64,000 bases of DNA from Vulcanimicrobiota bacterium (GCA_019236975.1 JAFAHZ010000024.1:5096-69095); one strand, 5' to 3'. Shown: positions 55,201 to 64,000, counted from the stretch's first letter. Notes: a model not told the origin generated them from the letters alone. Program-made: numbers and translations.

Positions 55201-55953
55201 CGCATTTTCGAAGGCATCGGGACCCACTTGGATCCCTCCACGAAACGGATAGTCCATCGCGATCGTCAGGAAAAGTACCAGACCGATCAACACGCTGAGT
55301 AATCCGACCATGATCTGCTGCATGAACGTGCGTTTGAAGCCGAAGAGATAGGTAAACGTGACCGTGACCAGCGCCCCGATGAAGAGCACGACCCACATGA
55401 CGGGGTTGATTCCTGTGGCTTCCATCGACAAGCGCTCGTCGCGCAGCTCGAGCGCACGATCGAGCGCGTCGAGCATTCGCCCGTGAACGTCCTGCTGACC
55501 GATGTTGGTCACGGGCAGATTTCGGACGTCGCGATCCACGGCCTCGAGCTGAAGTCGTGCCCGCGTCGATCGCTCGCCGTCTTGCATCTTCGGCCACTCG
55601 TCTTTGATGACGGTCTCGGCGTACAGGCGCAGCGCGGCGCGCAGCTCGGATCCCGACCGGAACGATCCGGAATCGCGATAGACGATCGCGAGATTCGACG
55701 CCTCGTCGTACGTTCGCGCCTCCGCCTGCTCGAAACGTTCCCAGACGCCGATGGTGACGAACGCGAGCAGTACCGCATAGATCACACCGATGACCGCCAG
55801 AATGAAGCCGGCCAACTCGTTGTGCTGCTCGCGCATGCTTTGCGGGACGAACCGCACCACGACTAACCCCAAGAGAACCGTAATCGCCAAGAATCCGCCG
55901 ATCACGACGGCGAAAGTCCACCCAAGCGTTAACGACTGGAACCAGGCAATCAT
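55171..55953 (-). CDS. DUF4239-family membrane protein
   Basis: From MIAWFQSLTLGWTFAVVIGGFLAI... with two N-terminal and two C-terminal TM helices flanking a helical domain. The ATG overlaps the upstream stop (TAATG). The 3' end overlaps the convergent GT39 gene by 30 nt. Confidence 0.6.
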   Translation of the reverse strand: MIAWFQSLTLGWTFAVVIGGFLAITVLLGLVVVRFVPQSMREQHNELAGFILAVIGVIYAVLLAFVTIGVWERFEQAEARTYDEASNLAIVYRDSGSFRSGSELRAALRLYAETVIKDEWPKMQDGERSTRARLQLEAVDRDVRNLPVTNIGQQDVHGRMLDALDRALELRDERLSMEATGINPVMWVVLFIGALVTVTFTYLFGFKRTFMQQIMVGLLSVLIGLVLFLTIAMDYPFRGGIQVGPDAFENALYVFHVIGS

Positions 55954-56606
55954 TAGGGGAGCGGTAACAGCGACGTCGTGTTCGACGTCGTCATCGTTTC
56001 GGACGTTGCCGGAACGCCCGAGGTCACCAGCTGGCGGTACGCGATCAAACGATTCGTGTTCTTGGCGACGTCCAGCTGAAGCTCGTAGCTGCGTTTGATG
56101 GCGTCGGTCAAGTCTTCCGTGTCGAACGTGTAACCGAAGCGCCGCAGACTGCGCAGCAGCAGCTTGTTGGTCGAATCGAGATCCTGATACGCCTTCTGAA
56201 TCGATACGCCGCTTTCGCGGTAGGTCGGATAGTTCGAGATGACGATCTCGCGTTTGAGCTTCGCCTGGTCGATCGTAGTTTTGAGACCGGCGAGCCGGAC
56301 GCTGGCCGGATCGACGGCGAGGCCCTGCGCGATCGTCGCCAGCGCGTCTTCGAAATCGCCCTTCGCGTACTCTTCCTTGGCCAGCCCCGCCGCCGCCTCG
56401 ACGTAGCCGGTCTGCGCGCGCACGTCGGACGGATCGACGCGCAGCGCGAGACGGTAGGCAAGCTCGGCGTCGCGGACGTTCCCGCGCTCCAGCGCCGCGT
56501 CGCCCTGATGGACCCGCGTGTTGACGATCCAGCGTTCGATGGACCCCGCACATCCGCACAGGATCGACGCGGCCAGCAGCGCGCCGGCTAACTTACAAAC
56601 GGACAT
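55953..56606 (-). CDS. Lipoprotein with TPR-like helical repeats
   Basis: Signal and lipobox: MSVCKLAGALLAASILCGC|AG. Then GNVRDAELAYRLALRVDPSDVRAQTGYVEAAAGLAKEEYAKGDFEDALATIAQGLAVDP. Confidence 0.55.
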   Translation of the reverse strand: MSVCKLAGALLAASILCGCAGSIERWIVNTRVHQGDAALERGNVRDAELAYRLALRVDPSDVRAQTGYVEAAAGLAKEEYAKGDFEDALATIAQGLAVDPASVRLAGLKTTIDQAKLKREIVISNYPTYRESGVSIQKAYQDLDSTNKLLLRSLRRFGYTFDTEDLTDAIKRSYELQLDVAKNTNRLIAYRQLVTSGVPATSETMTTSNTTSLLPLP

Positions 56607-57477
56607 GTCCCGCAAATCGTGCAACGACCTCGATGACGACTGCCGCCGGGTAGAGTATTGCCTGCGAGAGCAGCGTCCCGACGATCGCCGTCAGCGAGAG
56701 ATAGAACACCATGCTGCGAACTTCCTCGACGGTGCGCTTCCCGTGGATTGCCTGATCCGTAATCATAGCCGAGGTTGGGTCGACGAACAGCGTAAAAGCG
56801 ATAGTCCCGATCCCGTTGATGACGCCCGAAAGGCCGATAGCGGTCGCGCGCCAATGCACGTCGAGAACCGAAGCGAGGTACGATGCCTGGACGCCGATAG
56901 CGTACACGCACATCACGACGGTGTTGAAGATCAGGAGCCGCTTGGGAATCCAGCGCCAATCGAACGCTCGGATTTCACTCCACGACGGCAGCCGTTGGGC
57001 ACGAAGCACCTCGACGATCACGCTGGGCGAAGCCAGACGCGCCAACGAATGCGGAATCGAGCCGCGGAACTCAAACGAGTGCACGCCGCGGCGAAAGAGG
57101 TACGTGAACATCGGCAGCAGGAGCGCGAACGCGATCATCCCGAGCGTTCCGCCGAGGACGATGAGACGCAGCTGTATCTCGAACGTGTGCTGCCACGCCG
57201 TCACGGCCATGGAATCGGCGGCCAGCCTCACGACCGCGTTCGACGCCTGGTCCGCAAGCGGACCCACGAAAAACACCATGAACAGGTTTGCGAGACGGCC
57301 GGCGGTGACGAAAAGGTTGAACAGCGAGATCGACGTCGCGATCCGTTTGGTCTGCACGCCCGCTAACCGCGCAGCGTAAGCTCCGATCGTTATCCCTTGC
57401 GTTACGAACGTAATGGCGACGGCCCCGACGAGCCGGCCCGACCAGATCTCCGGAAGGTCGGAAGGGTTAGGGGCCAC
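56593..57477 (-). CDS. amj: Amj-family lipid II flippase (alternate to MurJ; DUF2837)
   Basis: Colinear resemblance to B. subtilis Amj (YdaH) as I remember it: AYAARLAGVQTKRIATSISLFNLFVTAGRLAN, IPKRLLIFNTVVMCVYAIGVQASYLAS, LSGVINGIGTIAFTLFVDPTSAMITDQAIHGKRT. Confidence 0.72.
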   Translation of the reverse strand: MAPNPSDLPEIWSGRLVGAVAITFVTQGITIGAYAARLAGVQTKRIATSISLFNLFVTAGRLANLFMVFFVGPLADQASNAVVRLAADSMAVTAWQHTFEIQLRLIVLGGTLGMIAFALLLPMFTYLFRRGVHSFEFRGSIPHSLARLASPSVIVEVLRAQRLPSWSEIRAFDWRWIPKRLLIFNTVVMCVYAIGVQASYLASVLDVHWRATAIGLSGVINGIGTIAFTLFVDPTSAMITDQAIHGKRTVEEVRSMVFYLSLTAIVGTLLSQAILYPAAVVIEVVARFAGHVRL

Positions 57478-57482
57478 AGGCC

Positions 57483-58766
57483 CTACGCTGCGTCACGATT
57501 CCGCGCGATCGCAGATTCGTCGAGCGGGCCTATAGCGCACAAGCCGACGTTGGCGTCGGGCAGCAGCTCGGCCGCGAGATCGCGCACTTCGTCGGCTGTG
57601 ACGGCGTCGATTCGTTCTTCGATCTCTTCCGCACTCACGTATCTCCCCAGCGCGAATTCGTTCCGTCCGAGGCGAATCATCCGGCTCGACGACGCCTCGA
57701 GCGAGAGCGTCAGGTTCCCTTTGATGTGCTCTTTGGCGAGCTGCAGCTCCGCGTCGCCCACGCGCTCGTCCGCGATGCGGTGAAACTCCTCGACGATGAG
57801 ATCGATGCAGGCCTGCACGTGCTCCGGAGACGTTCCGGCATACACGCCGAACAGCCCCGCCTCGCGATAGGCCGCTTGAAACGAGTAAACCGTATACACC
57901 AGCCCGCGCTTCTCCCGAATTTCTTGAAACAGGCGGCTCGACATCCCGCCGCCTAGAATCGTATCGAGCAGCGAGAGTGTGTAGCGGCGCTCGTCGCGCA
58001 CCGACAATCCGCGCGCGCCTACCACGACGTAGGCTTGTTCGCTGTCTTTGTGCCGAACGTGCGTGGCGGGGGTCGTCAACGGCGCTTCGGGCTCGGGCAG
58101 CGCGCAGGATCCCGAAAAGGCCGCGAACTGCTCCCGCACGAGCTGCACGAAGGACTCGTGCTCGACGTTGCCCGCAGCGGATACCACCACGGAGTTGGGC
58201 GCGTAATGCAAACGCATGTGTGCGCGTAGGTCGTCGGGAGTTACCTTGTCGATCGTATCGACGAATCCGATCGTCGGGTCGCCCAGGTTCGCCCCGTTCC
58301 ACATCGTTTGAAGAAACACGTCGTGAATGAGCTCGTCCGGGGAATCCTCGTACATTTTGATCTCTTCGAGCACGACGTTCTGTTCTTTGGCGAGTTCTTG
58401 CGGATCGAAGGTCGAATGCAAGAACATGTCGGCCAGAACGTCGAGCGCCAACGGGACGTGCCGGTCGATGACCTTCGCGTAGTAACAGGTCGTCTCTTTA
58501 TCGGTGAACGCGTTGAGGTTTCCGCCGACGCCGTCCATCGTTTCGGCGATTGCCCGCGCCGTGCGCCTCGACGTTCCTTTGAACAGCATGTGCTCGACGA
58601 GATGCGAGATGCCCCGGCGCTCGTGCGTCTCCAGGGCAGAGCCGACGTCGGCCCACACTCCGATCGTCGCCGAACGAACGCCCGGCATCGACTCGGTCAA
58701 AACCCGTAAGCCGTTGGGGAGGGTGGTCTTTCGGTAACCGTCCGGTGACATGCGACTACGGCCCAC
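57483..58766 (-). CDS. M16-family zinc metallopeptidase (insulinase-like)
   Basis: Inverted zinc motif GISHLVEHMLFKG (HxxEH), plus ...NAFTDKETTCYY and the typical two-domain length of 427 aa. Confidence 0.87.
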   Translation of the reverse strand: MGRSRMSPDGYRKTTLPNGLRVLTESMPGVRSATIGVWADVGSALETHERRGISHLVEHMLFKGTSRRTARAIAETMDGVGGNLNAFTDKETTCYYAKVIDRHVPLALDVLADMFLHSTFDPQELAKEQNVVLEEIKMYEDSPDELIHDVFLQTMWNGANLGDPTIGFVDTIDKVTPDDLRAHMRLHYAPNSVVVSAAGNVEHESFVQLVREQFAAFSGSCALPEPEAPLTTPATHVRHKDSEQAYVVVGARGLSVRDERRYTLSLLDTILGGGMSSRLFQEIREKRGLVYTVYSFQAAYREAGLFGVYAGTSPEHVQACIDLIVEEFHRIADERVGDAELQLAKEHIKGNLTLSLEASSSRMIRLGRNEFALGRYVSAEEIEERIDAVTADEVRDLAAELLPDANVGLCAIGPLDESAIARNRDAA

Positions 58767-59232
58767 TCTTGAAAGCGACGCGCGCCCAATCCTGGTCCCA
58801 GTACGGCGCCTGCGGCTTTTGCCCGCGGCGGACGCTCGTGCTGTAGACCGTTCGCGTCGTCGGTTTGGCCAAATCTCCGCTCACGACGACTCCTTTACCC
58901 ACCTCAATGGGCACGCTGGCCCAGAGGTCGATCTCCTCCGCTTCAGGGGCCGCCGCAAAGGCCCGGCTGACGAGCGCGGCAACCTCGGCGTCGAACTCCG
59001 GTCGCGTCATCGGATTGTGAAACTTGACGCCCCACACGCGAATGCCGATCAGGAGATGCTTGCCGATCTCGTTGGCGGATATTTGGCTAACTTGCGCGGA
59101 CCACGTCGTCGCGAAAATGCTGCGGCCGATCCTCTCGGCGATATCGATTCGGTTCCCGGCCGCTCGCGACACCGAATCCAACTCAGCCACAGTCGGCATA
59201 CTCGCCTGCGCCACCGTCCTCACCCCCACCAT
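58756..59232 (-). CDS. Hypothetical protein (start uncertain)
   Basis: The track ORF (to 59352) runs through repeat copy B and overlaps the proS end. The ATG at 59232, downstream of the repeat, is the more plausible start. I recognise no family. Confidence 0.45.
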   Translation of the reverse strand: MVGVRTVAQASMPTVAELDSVSRAAGNRIDIAERIGRSIFATTWSAQVSQISANEIGKHLLIGIRVWGVKFHNPMTRPEFDAEVAALVSRAFAAAPEAEEIDLWASVPIEVGKGVVVSGDLAKPTTRTVYSTSVRRGQKPQAPYWDQDWARVAFKSGP

Positions 59233-59256
59233 TATTTGCGATAGGAGGACGAGAAT

Positions 59257-59320
59257 CGCGAGCGGGTGTCTTCCCCGAGCGATTAAACATGAAGAAAAGC
59301 GAGGGGAAGACACCCCGAGC
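59257..59320 (-). repeat. Copy B of the conserved intergenic hairpin element (perfect 13-bp stem, 26-nt loop), 6 nt after the proS stop
   Basis: Plus strand: GCGAGC-GGGTGTCTTCCCC-GAGCGATTAAACATGAAGAAAAGCGA-GGGGAAGACACCC-CGAGC. The loop and flanks are shared with copy A. The stems differ at 4 positions per arm, and 3 of these are fully compensatory pairs. Confidence 0.6.
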
Positions 59321-59326
59321 AAAACG

Positions 59327-60787
59327 CTAGTACGACTGAGCAAAATACGCATTCACTTTCGCGGGTTCGCCGCACGGGATGCACGCCGTCGCGCCGGCTG
59401 CTAGATCGCGCAGAAGTCGCGTCGTCGCGCCCGTCTCCTCTTTGACGTGGGCCTCGCACTCGGGCCGCGCGCACCACGGAACGTCGATCATTCCCGCCCG
59501 GTTTTTACACATCTCGTAAAACGAAACGCGGTCGGATGCGGCAATGGTACGTTCGTCGAGGAATTGCTTCGCTTGCGCGTACAGCGAGCGTTGGATATCG
59601 TCCAGCAGTGCGGGTAGAACACGCTGCAGCGCCTCGACGGAAACGCTCTGCTTCTGCTGCGGATCGCCCTTCGCCCGATCGCGCCGGACCAGAACCGCCG
59701 TTCCCGCGTCGACGTCGCGCGGACCGATTTCGACGCGCACTGGCACGCCGCGCAAATCCCACTCGCTATACTTCCATCCGGGTTGCTCGTCGCGCACGTC
59801 GACCCTCACCCGAAAACCTGCCGCCTTTAGCGTGTCCGCAGCCTCGCGGCACGCGGCGATCGCGCGGTCGTCGTTGGTGCGAACGATCGGGACGAAGACG
59901 ACTTCGATCGGGGCCATCTTCGGTGGAATGCGCAAGCCGCGGTCGTCGCCGTGCGTCATGATCATGGCGCCGAGCATGCGCCACGACATACCCCAGGACG
60001 TCGTGTAGGCGTGTTTGATCTGCTGGTCGACGTCGGCAAACGTAATGTCGTAGGCCCGTGCAAAATTCTGCCCGAGATCGTGCGACGTAGCCGATTGCAG
60101 CGCTTTTCCGTCGGGCATTAGCGCCTCGATCGCGAACGTCTCGACCGCCCCTGGAAAACGTTCGCTCGCGCTTTTTACGCCGGCGTAAACCGGAACCGCC
60201 GCAACGTTTTCGGCGAAGTCGCGATAGACGTCCAACATCCGCAGGGTCTCTTCGCGCGCCTCTTCGGCGGACGCGTGTGCGGTGTGCCCTTCCTGCCAAA
60301 GGAATTCCATGGTGCGCAAGAACGGGCGCGTCGCTTTCTCCCAACGCAGCACGTTGGCCCATTGATTGATGAGAATGGGAAGGTCGCGGTACGACTGTAC
60401 CCACTGCGCGTACATCGTTCCGATGATCACTTCCGACGTGGGACGAATCGCCAGGCGTTCGGTCAGCTCTTCCTGACCGCCGTGCGTGACCCACGCCACT
60501 TCGGGCGCGAAGCCCTCGACGTGCTCGGCTTCCTTCATGAGCAGCGATTCGGGAATGAGCAGCGGGAAGTAAGCGTTCTCGTGACCGGTCGCCTTGAAGC
60601 GGGCGTCGAGCTCGCGCTGGAGGTTCTCCCACAACCCGAAGCCCGCTGGGCGCAATACGACGCAGCCGCGCACGGGCGAGTAGGATACCAGCTCGGCCTT
60701 CAGGCAGGCGGCGGTATACCATGCGGACAGATCGGCCGCTTTAGGAGGGATCTCCTTAACGACCGCGTTTTGCGGACCGGCGGACAT
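59327..60787 (-). CDS. proS: Proline--tRNA ligase (archaeal/eukaryote-like short form, about 486 aa)
   Basis: Reads WYTAACLKAELVSYSPVRGCVVLRPAGFGLWENLQRELDARFKATGHENAYFPLLIP..., with class II motifs, an anticodon-binding domain and a C-terminal zinc-type domain ending ...AYFAQSY. Confidence 0.92.
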   Translation of the reverse strand: MSAGPQNAVVKEIPPKAADLSAWYTAACLKAELVSYSPVRGCVVLRPAGFGLWENLQRELDARFKATGHENAYFPLLIPESLLMKEAEHVEGFAPEVAWVTHGGQEELTERLAIRPTSEVIIGTMYAQWVQSYRDLPILINQWANVLRWEKATRPFLRTMEFLWQEGHTAHASAEEAREETLRMLDVYRDFAENVAAVPVYAGVKSASERFPGAVETFAIEALMPDGKALQSATSHDLGQNFARAYDITFADVDQQIKHAYTTSWGMSWRMLGAMIMTHGDDRGLRIPPKMAPIEVVFVPIVRTNDDRAIAACREAADTLKAAGFRVRVDVRDEQPGWKYSEWDLRGVPVRVEIGPRDVDAGTAVLVRRDRAKGDPQQKQSVSVEALQRVLPALLDDIQRSLYAQAKQFLDERTIAASDRVSFYEMCKNRAGMIDVPWCARPECEAHVKEETGATTRLLRDLAAGATACIPCGEPAKVNAYFAQSY

Positions 60788-60888
60788 GACCGGCCCCGCT
60801 TTGACTCTCGCGGGCCCTACGCCTGCGGGCCCGCGAAGTCGCGACCCTTTGGACGCGTTCTGGACGCGGGTCTCTTTACAATCGCTTC

Positions 60889-61077
60889 ATGAGGGAAGCG
60901 GAGCGCCGTCGCGCGAGAGATCATCTCTTCGTCGTGAGGATGTGGCCGGACGAAACCGGCCATCCGCACGGCCGCTGGCGCGCCCAAGTGACCCACGTCA
61001 CCTCGCGCGAGCGCCACTATTTCACGAATTACGGCGAGCTTTGCGAATTTATCGATCGCTGCCGGGAGCAGCGATAA
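60889..61077 (+). CDS. Small hypothetical protein (62 aa)
   Basis: MREAERRRARDHLFVVRMWPDETGHPHGRWRAQVTHVTSRERHYFTNYGELCEFIDRCREQR. It resembles a recurrent small-protein pattern (hydrophobic-VR-W..E......WRG-V-HV-SGERRYF-.-..EL..FI) that I recall from Actinobacteria, Chloroflexi and cyanobacteria. Its function is unknown. It overlaps the convergent regulator gene end by 29 nt. Confidence 0.5.
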   Translation: MREAERRRARDHLFVVRMWPDETGHPHGRWRAQVTHVTSRERHYFTNYGELCEFIDRCREQR

Positions 61078-64000
61078 CCTCGCGCAGCGCCCGGTGAAAG
61101 GGCAGCGCCGAGTAGGCGGCAGCGTCGGCCGGATCGGTCATGCGGGCCAGGTCGGCCTCCAGCAGCGCTAACCCTCGGCGACGCCAGTGGCCGGCTGCCG
61201 CTTCGTCTCCACTCGATTCCGCGAGCCGGACGACGGTCGCGCAAAGCTGCGTCGGGTGAATCATCAGACGCTCGTGGAGCCGTAACGCCTCCTCGATCTC
61301 CGAGCGCAGTGCGAGCGCTTCGCCGGCTCGGCCCGAATCGAGCAGCGCGTCGACGAGATAGCACAACGTCAAACCGACGTCACCCCAGGCCTCACGCACC
61401 TTGGCACCTTCGAGTGCCTGGCGCAGGTGGTCGATTGCAGCGCCGAATTTGCCCGTTGCCGCTTCGGCGGCTCCCAATACCGTCAGTGCCTGATCGATGA
61501 AGCGCTTTTCCGAGACCTCGAGGCTCGATGCGTACGTCTCGCGCGCTTCGGCAAGCGCTTCTTCGTTGCGACCGAGCAGCAGCAGCGCTTCGATCCGGTT
61601 CACCCGATAGGCGCTCACGCCGTCGCTCCCCGCAAGCTGTCCGCCGTGCGAAACCGCTTGGTCGAGCCAGCGCATCGCCTCGTCGACGCGTCCGAGACGA
61701 AGCTCCAACTCGCTGCGGTTGATATACGTGACGCGCAGGTCGCGCAGCGAAGCGACCGCGGCAAAAATCTCCACGGCGCGGTCGTAGTGTTTGCGGATAG
61801 ATGCAAAATCGTGCAGCATGTACGCTGCGTGTCCGAGCGTCGAATAGGCGCGCGCTTCCAAGAACTCGTCGCCGATGCCGCGTGCCAACGCGAGCATCTC
61901 GGTGCCGATGCGTTCGAGCCAAGTCCCGTCTTCGAGCATCGCCGCCACCGTCGACTCCGACGTCAGCAGCGCCAGTTTACGATCCACCGGCGCCGCCTCT
62001 TTTTCCAAGTCTTCGCGGTACACCGCAAGCTCGGCGCGAGCCTGCTCGAGATCGCCGCGTCGTCCCAGCATGCTCACCAGCTGCTGCCCGATGCGCACGC
62101 GCAAGTCGTCGTCGTTCACGCGGCGAGCGAGATCGCGTGCCTGCCGCATCGACGCAATGCTGGCGGCGACGTCGCCGGTCGCACCCTGAAGGTAACCCAA
62201 CGCGTAGTACGCCTCGCCGGCATGGGCCAGATTGCCCGATTTCTTTGCCTGTTCGAACATCGCGTCGACGACTTTGCGCTCCATCGCGTAATCGCCGAAC
62301 TGCGCGGCGTAGCGCTCGCGCAACTTCAGTGCGGCGAAACGTTCCTGCTCGCCGAGACGCGCCGTTATCGCATCCAAACGATCGAGATCGGCCTTCCACC
62401 GCTGGACGTCGCCCGTGCGGATTTGCGCGCGAACTGCAATCTCCATGGCCTCGAATCGCGTCGGATCGTCTTGGGCCAGCGCGTACGCGGCGTAGGCGAG
62501 CGCTATAGCTTCCTCGCGCGCGTAGACGGCCAAAGCCGCAACTGCCGCTTTGACGTAGGCGACTGCGGCGCGCGTACCGTCCCCGGCGAGATTCCAATGC
62601 CGTGCAACTGCCGCCAGCAAGGCGCGGTCGAGCGTTCCACGTCGCTCCAAGACGTGCGCCGCACGGCGGTGGCGAGCGACGCGCTGGTCCGCATTCGATC
62701 CTTCGTAGAACGACGCGGCAACGAGGGCGTGCGTGAACGCGTATTCCAGCGATCCGCTGCCGGCTTCGCGCACCAGCGATCGATCGATGAGCGTGCCGAC
62801 GGCGTCGAGCACGGTGTTTTCGTCCCACCCGCCGATGTCGGCAACCACATCGGCTTCGAAGGCTTGCCCCAACACCGCTGCCGTCTCTGCGACGGCGCGG
62901 GCCACGTCGTCGAGACGCTTGGCTCGCGTTCCAATGACGTCGCCGACGGTTTGCAGTGCGACCGATTCGTCCGGCATCTCGCCGGTTTCGCGATAACCGG
63001 CCAGTAACTGCACGACGAAGAGCGGGTTTCCTTCGCTCAATCGAGCGACCGCTTCGGTCAGTCCGCCGGTCGCTTCGGGCGCGACGGTTTGCACGACGGA
63101 GCCCACGTCCTGGGCCGTTAAGCGCTCGAGCGGCACGGCAATCGCGCGGCGTTCCGACACGAGCTCGGCGCGCAGTTCGCGCAGCGGATTGCCGACCGGC
63201 GATTCTTCGCTGCGATACGATGCGACGACGAGGACGGGAAGCGTACCGACGCGGCGCGCGAGCGCCGCGACGACTTCGATGCTTGCCGGCCCCGCCCAAT
63301 GCAGGTCCTCCAGAACGACGCAAAGGGGACGCATTCCCCCAAGCTGCGCGATAGCTCGCACGAAAGACTCGAAAAGGCGCTCGCGCGCGCGGTCGTTCGG
63401 CGACGGTTCGGCGTCGGCTACGTCGGGCCGCAAGTTGTGCAGTTCCGGCAACACCGCCGAAAGTGCGGCGAGCGATCGGCGATCGACGTTCGCCTGCGCG
63501 ATTTTCGGCAAGCCGGCGCGAAGCGCCGACAGGATGGCTTGATACGGCTCCGCCTCGGGATTGCTCGTCGCGCCGATCAGCGCGTGACCGCCCTGTTCCC
63601 GAACGACCGTCACCAGTTCCGAGATGAGCCGCGATTTACCGATTCCCGCCTCGCCGGATACGAAAGCGACGGATCCGCTTTTACGCGCCGCGCGCGACCA
63701 TGCGGCCCGCAGCTTCTCGAGTTCGTGGCTGCGCCCGACCATGGGCAGTTTCCAGCCGGAGACGCCGGCGACGCGCGCTTCAAGCACGTGCTCCGCGTCG
63801 TCCGGCAACGGCAATCCCGCGCGAACCGCGTCGCGAACGGCAACCGTTTCCGGCATCGGATCGGTCGAAAACTCGTCGCGTAGACGGCGTGCAAAACGTT
63901 CGTACCCGGCAAGCGCACCGGAGCGGTCCCCCGATTCGTACTTCGCCGCCATCCATTGGCGCAACGCGTCTTCGCGCCATTCGTCGGCGGCGAGCAATCG
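61049..64000 (-). CDS. Large BTAD (SARP-type activator domain)-AAA/NB-ARC-like ATPase-TPR regulator; the 5' end lies beyond the window
   Basis: The visible N-terminal part reads EDALRQWMAAKYESGDRSGALAGYERFARRLRDEFSTDPMPETVAV (BTAD). Walker A is FVSGEAGIGKSRLISEL. There is a long TPR-like C-terminal half. The frame is still open at 64000. Confidence 0.82.
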   Translation of the reverse strand, partial: RLLAADEWREDALRQWMAAKYESGDRSGALAGYERFARRLRDEFSTDPMPETVAVRDAVRAGLPLPDDAEHVLEARVAGVSGWKLPMVGRSHELEKLRAAWSRAARKSGSVAFVSGEAGIGKSRLISELVTVVREQGGHALIGATSNPEAEPYQAILSALRAGLPKIAQANVDRRSLAALSAVLPELHNLRPDVADAEPSPNDRARERLFESFVRAIAQLGGMRPLCVVLEDLHWAGPASIEVVAALARRVGTLPVLVVASYRSEESPVGNPLRELRAELVSERRAIAVPLERLTAQDVGSVVQTVAPEATGGLTEAVARLSEGNPLFVVQLLAGYRETGEMPDESVALQTVGDVIGTRAKRLDDVARAVAETAAVLGQAFEADVVADIGGWDENTVLDAVGTLIDRSLVREAGSGSLEYAFTHALVAASFYEGSNADQRVARHRRAAHVLERRGTLDRALLAAVARHWNLAGDGTRAAVAYVKAAVAALAVYAREEAIALAYAAYALAQDDPTRFEAMEIAVRAQIRTGDVQRWKADLDRLDAITARLGEQERFAALKLRERYAAQFGDYAMERKVVDAMFEQAKKSGNLAHAGEAYYALGYLQGATGDVAASIASMRQARDLARRVNDDDLRVRIGQQLVSMLGRRGDLEQARAELAVYREDLEKEAAPVDRKLALLTSESTVAAMLEDGTWLERIGTEMLALARGIGDEFLEARAYSTLGHAAYMLHDFASIRKHYDRAVEIFAAVASLRDLRVTYINRSELELRLGRVDEAMRWLDQAVSHGGQLAGSDGVSAYRVNRIEALLLLGRNEEALAEARETYASSLEVSEKRFIDQALTVLGAAEAATGKFGAAIDHLRQALEGAKVREAWGDVGLTLCYLVDALLDSGRAGEALALRSEIEEALRLHERLMIHPTQLCATVVRLAESSGDEAAAGHWRRRGLALLEADLARMTDPADAAAYSALPFHRALREVIAAPGSDR

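Noticed and set aside
61427-63007. 526-aa plus-strand ORF, plus several 100-450-aa alternative-frame ORFs in the 61-64 kb region
   Set aside because: They are antisense to, or out of frame with, the BTAD-AAA-TPR regulator gene, which has a Walker A motif and TPR periodicity. The alternatives are Arg-rich.

Overview
Bacterial chromosomal segment with high G+C (judged by eye, not computed) and almost continuous coding. I call about 70 protein genes and 4 tRNAs, mostly on the minus strand. I found no rRNA, CRISPR array, transposase, integrase or prophage signature. Much of the window is housekeeping, arranged in neighbourhoods typical of Firmicutes and other Terrabacteria: DUF1292-mltG-ruvX, recO, CNNM-dgkA-ybeY-phoH, floA-nfeD, yqeY-rpsU, pyrG, prmC-prfA-rpmE, leuCD, metY, cinA-nadE, glpX and proS. 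Accessory content: (i) a type IV pilus assembly block (pilin, prepilin peptidase, PilMNO-like) that contains a CcdA-like thiol-reductant exporter; (ii) a signalling block of an OmpR-type regulator, an HD-GYP protein, a small SodC/CHRD-like secreted protein and a CHASE3 chemoreceptor; (iii) a LuxE-like/LuxC-like pair with a class-III aminotransferase and a Gfo/Idh/MocA oxidoreductase; (iv) envelope glycosyltransferases (GT2, GT4, GT28, PIG-V-like, GtrA, GT39) and an Amj-like flippase; (v) a partial BTAD-AAA-TPR regulator at the right edge. The most unusual observation is that the chemoreceptor ORF continues, with no stop codon, into a signal-peptide-like segment, a CXXCH motif and about 330 beta-rich residues, an architecture matching Cyc2-type fused cytochrome-porins. 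Other observations: a roughly 64-nt intergenic hairpin present in two copies with compensatory stem substitutions; a perfect 16-bp inverted repeat in the regulator/HD-GYP divergent promoter; a probable AUU start codon; and TATAAT boxes 9-10 nt from start codons. Many long ORFs in the track are Arg/Ala/Pro-rich antisense artefacts of the high G+C and are rejected. Start codons are often GTG or TTG, and many adjacent genes overlap by 1 or 4 nt (TGATG, TAATG, GTGA, ATGA, TTGA). Hand-derived coordinates, especially the tRNA ends, may be off by 1-2 nt.
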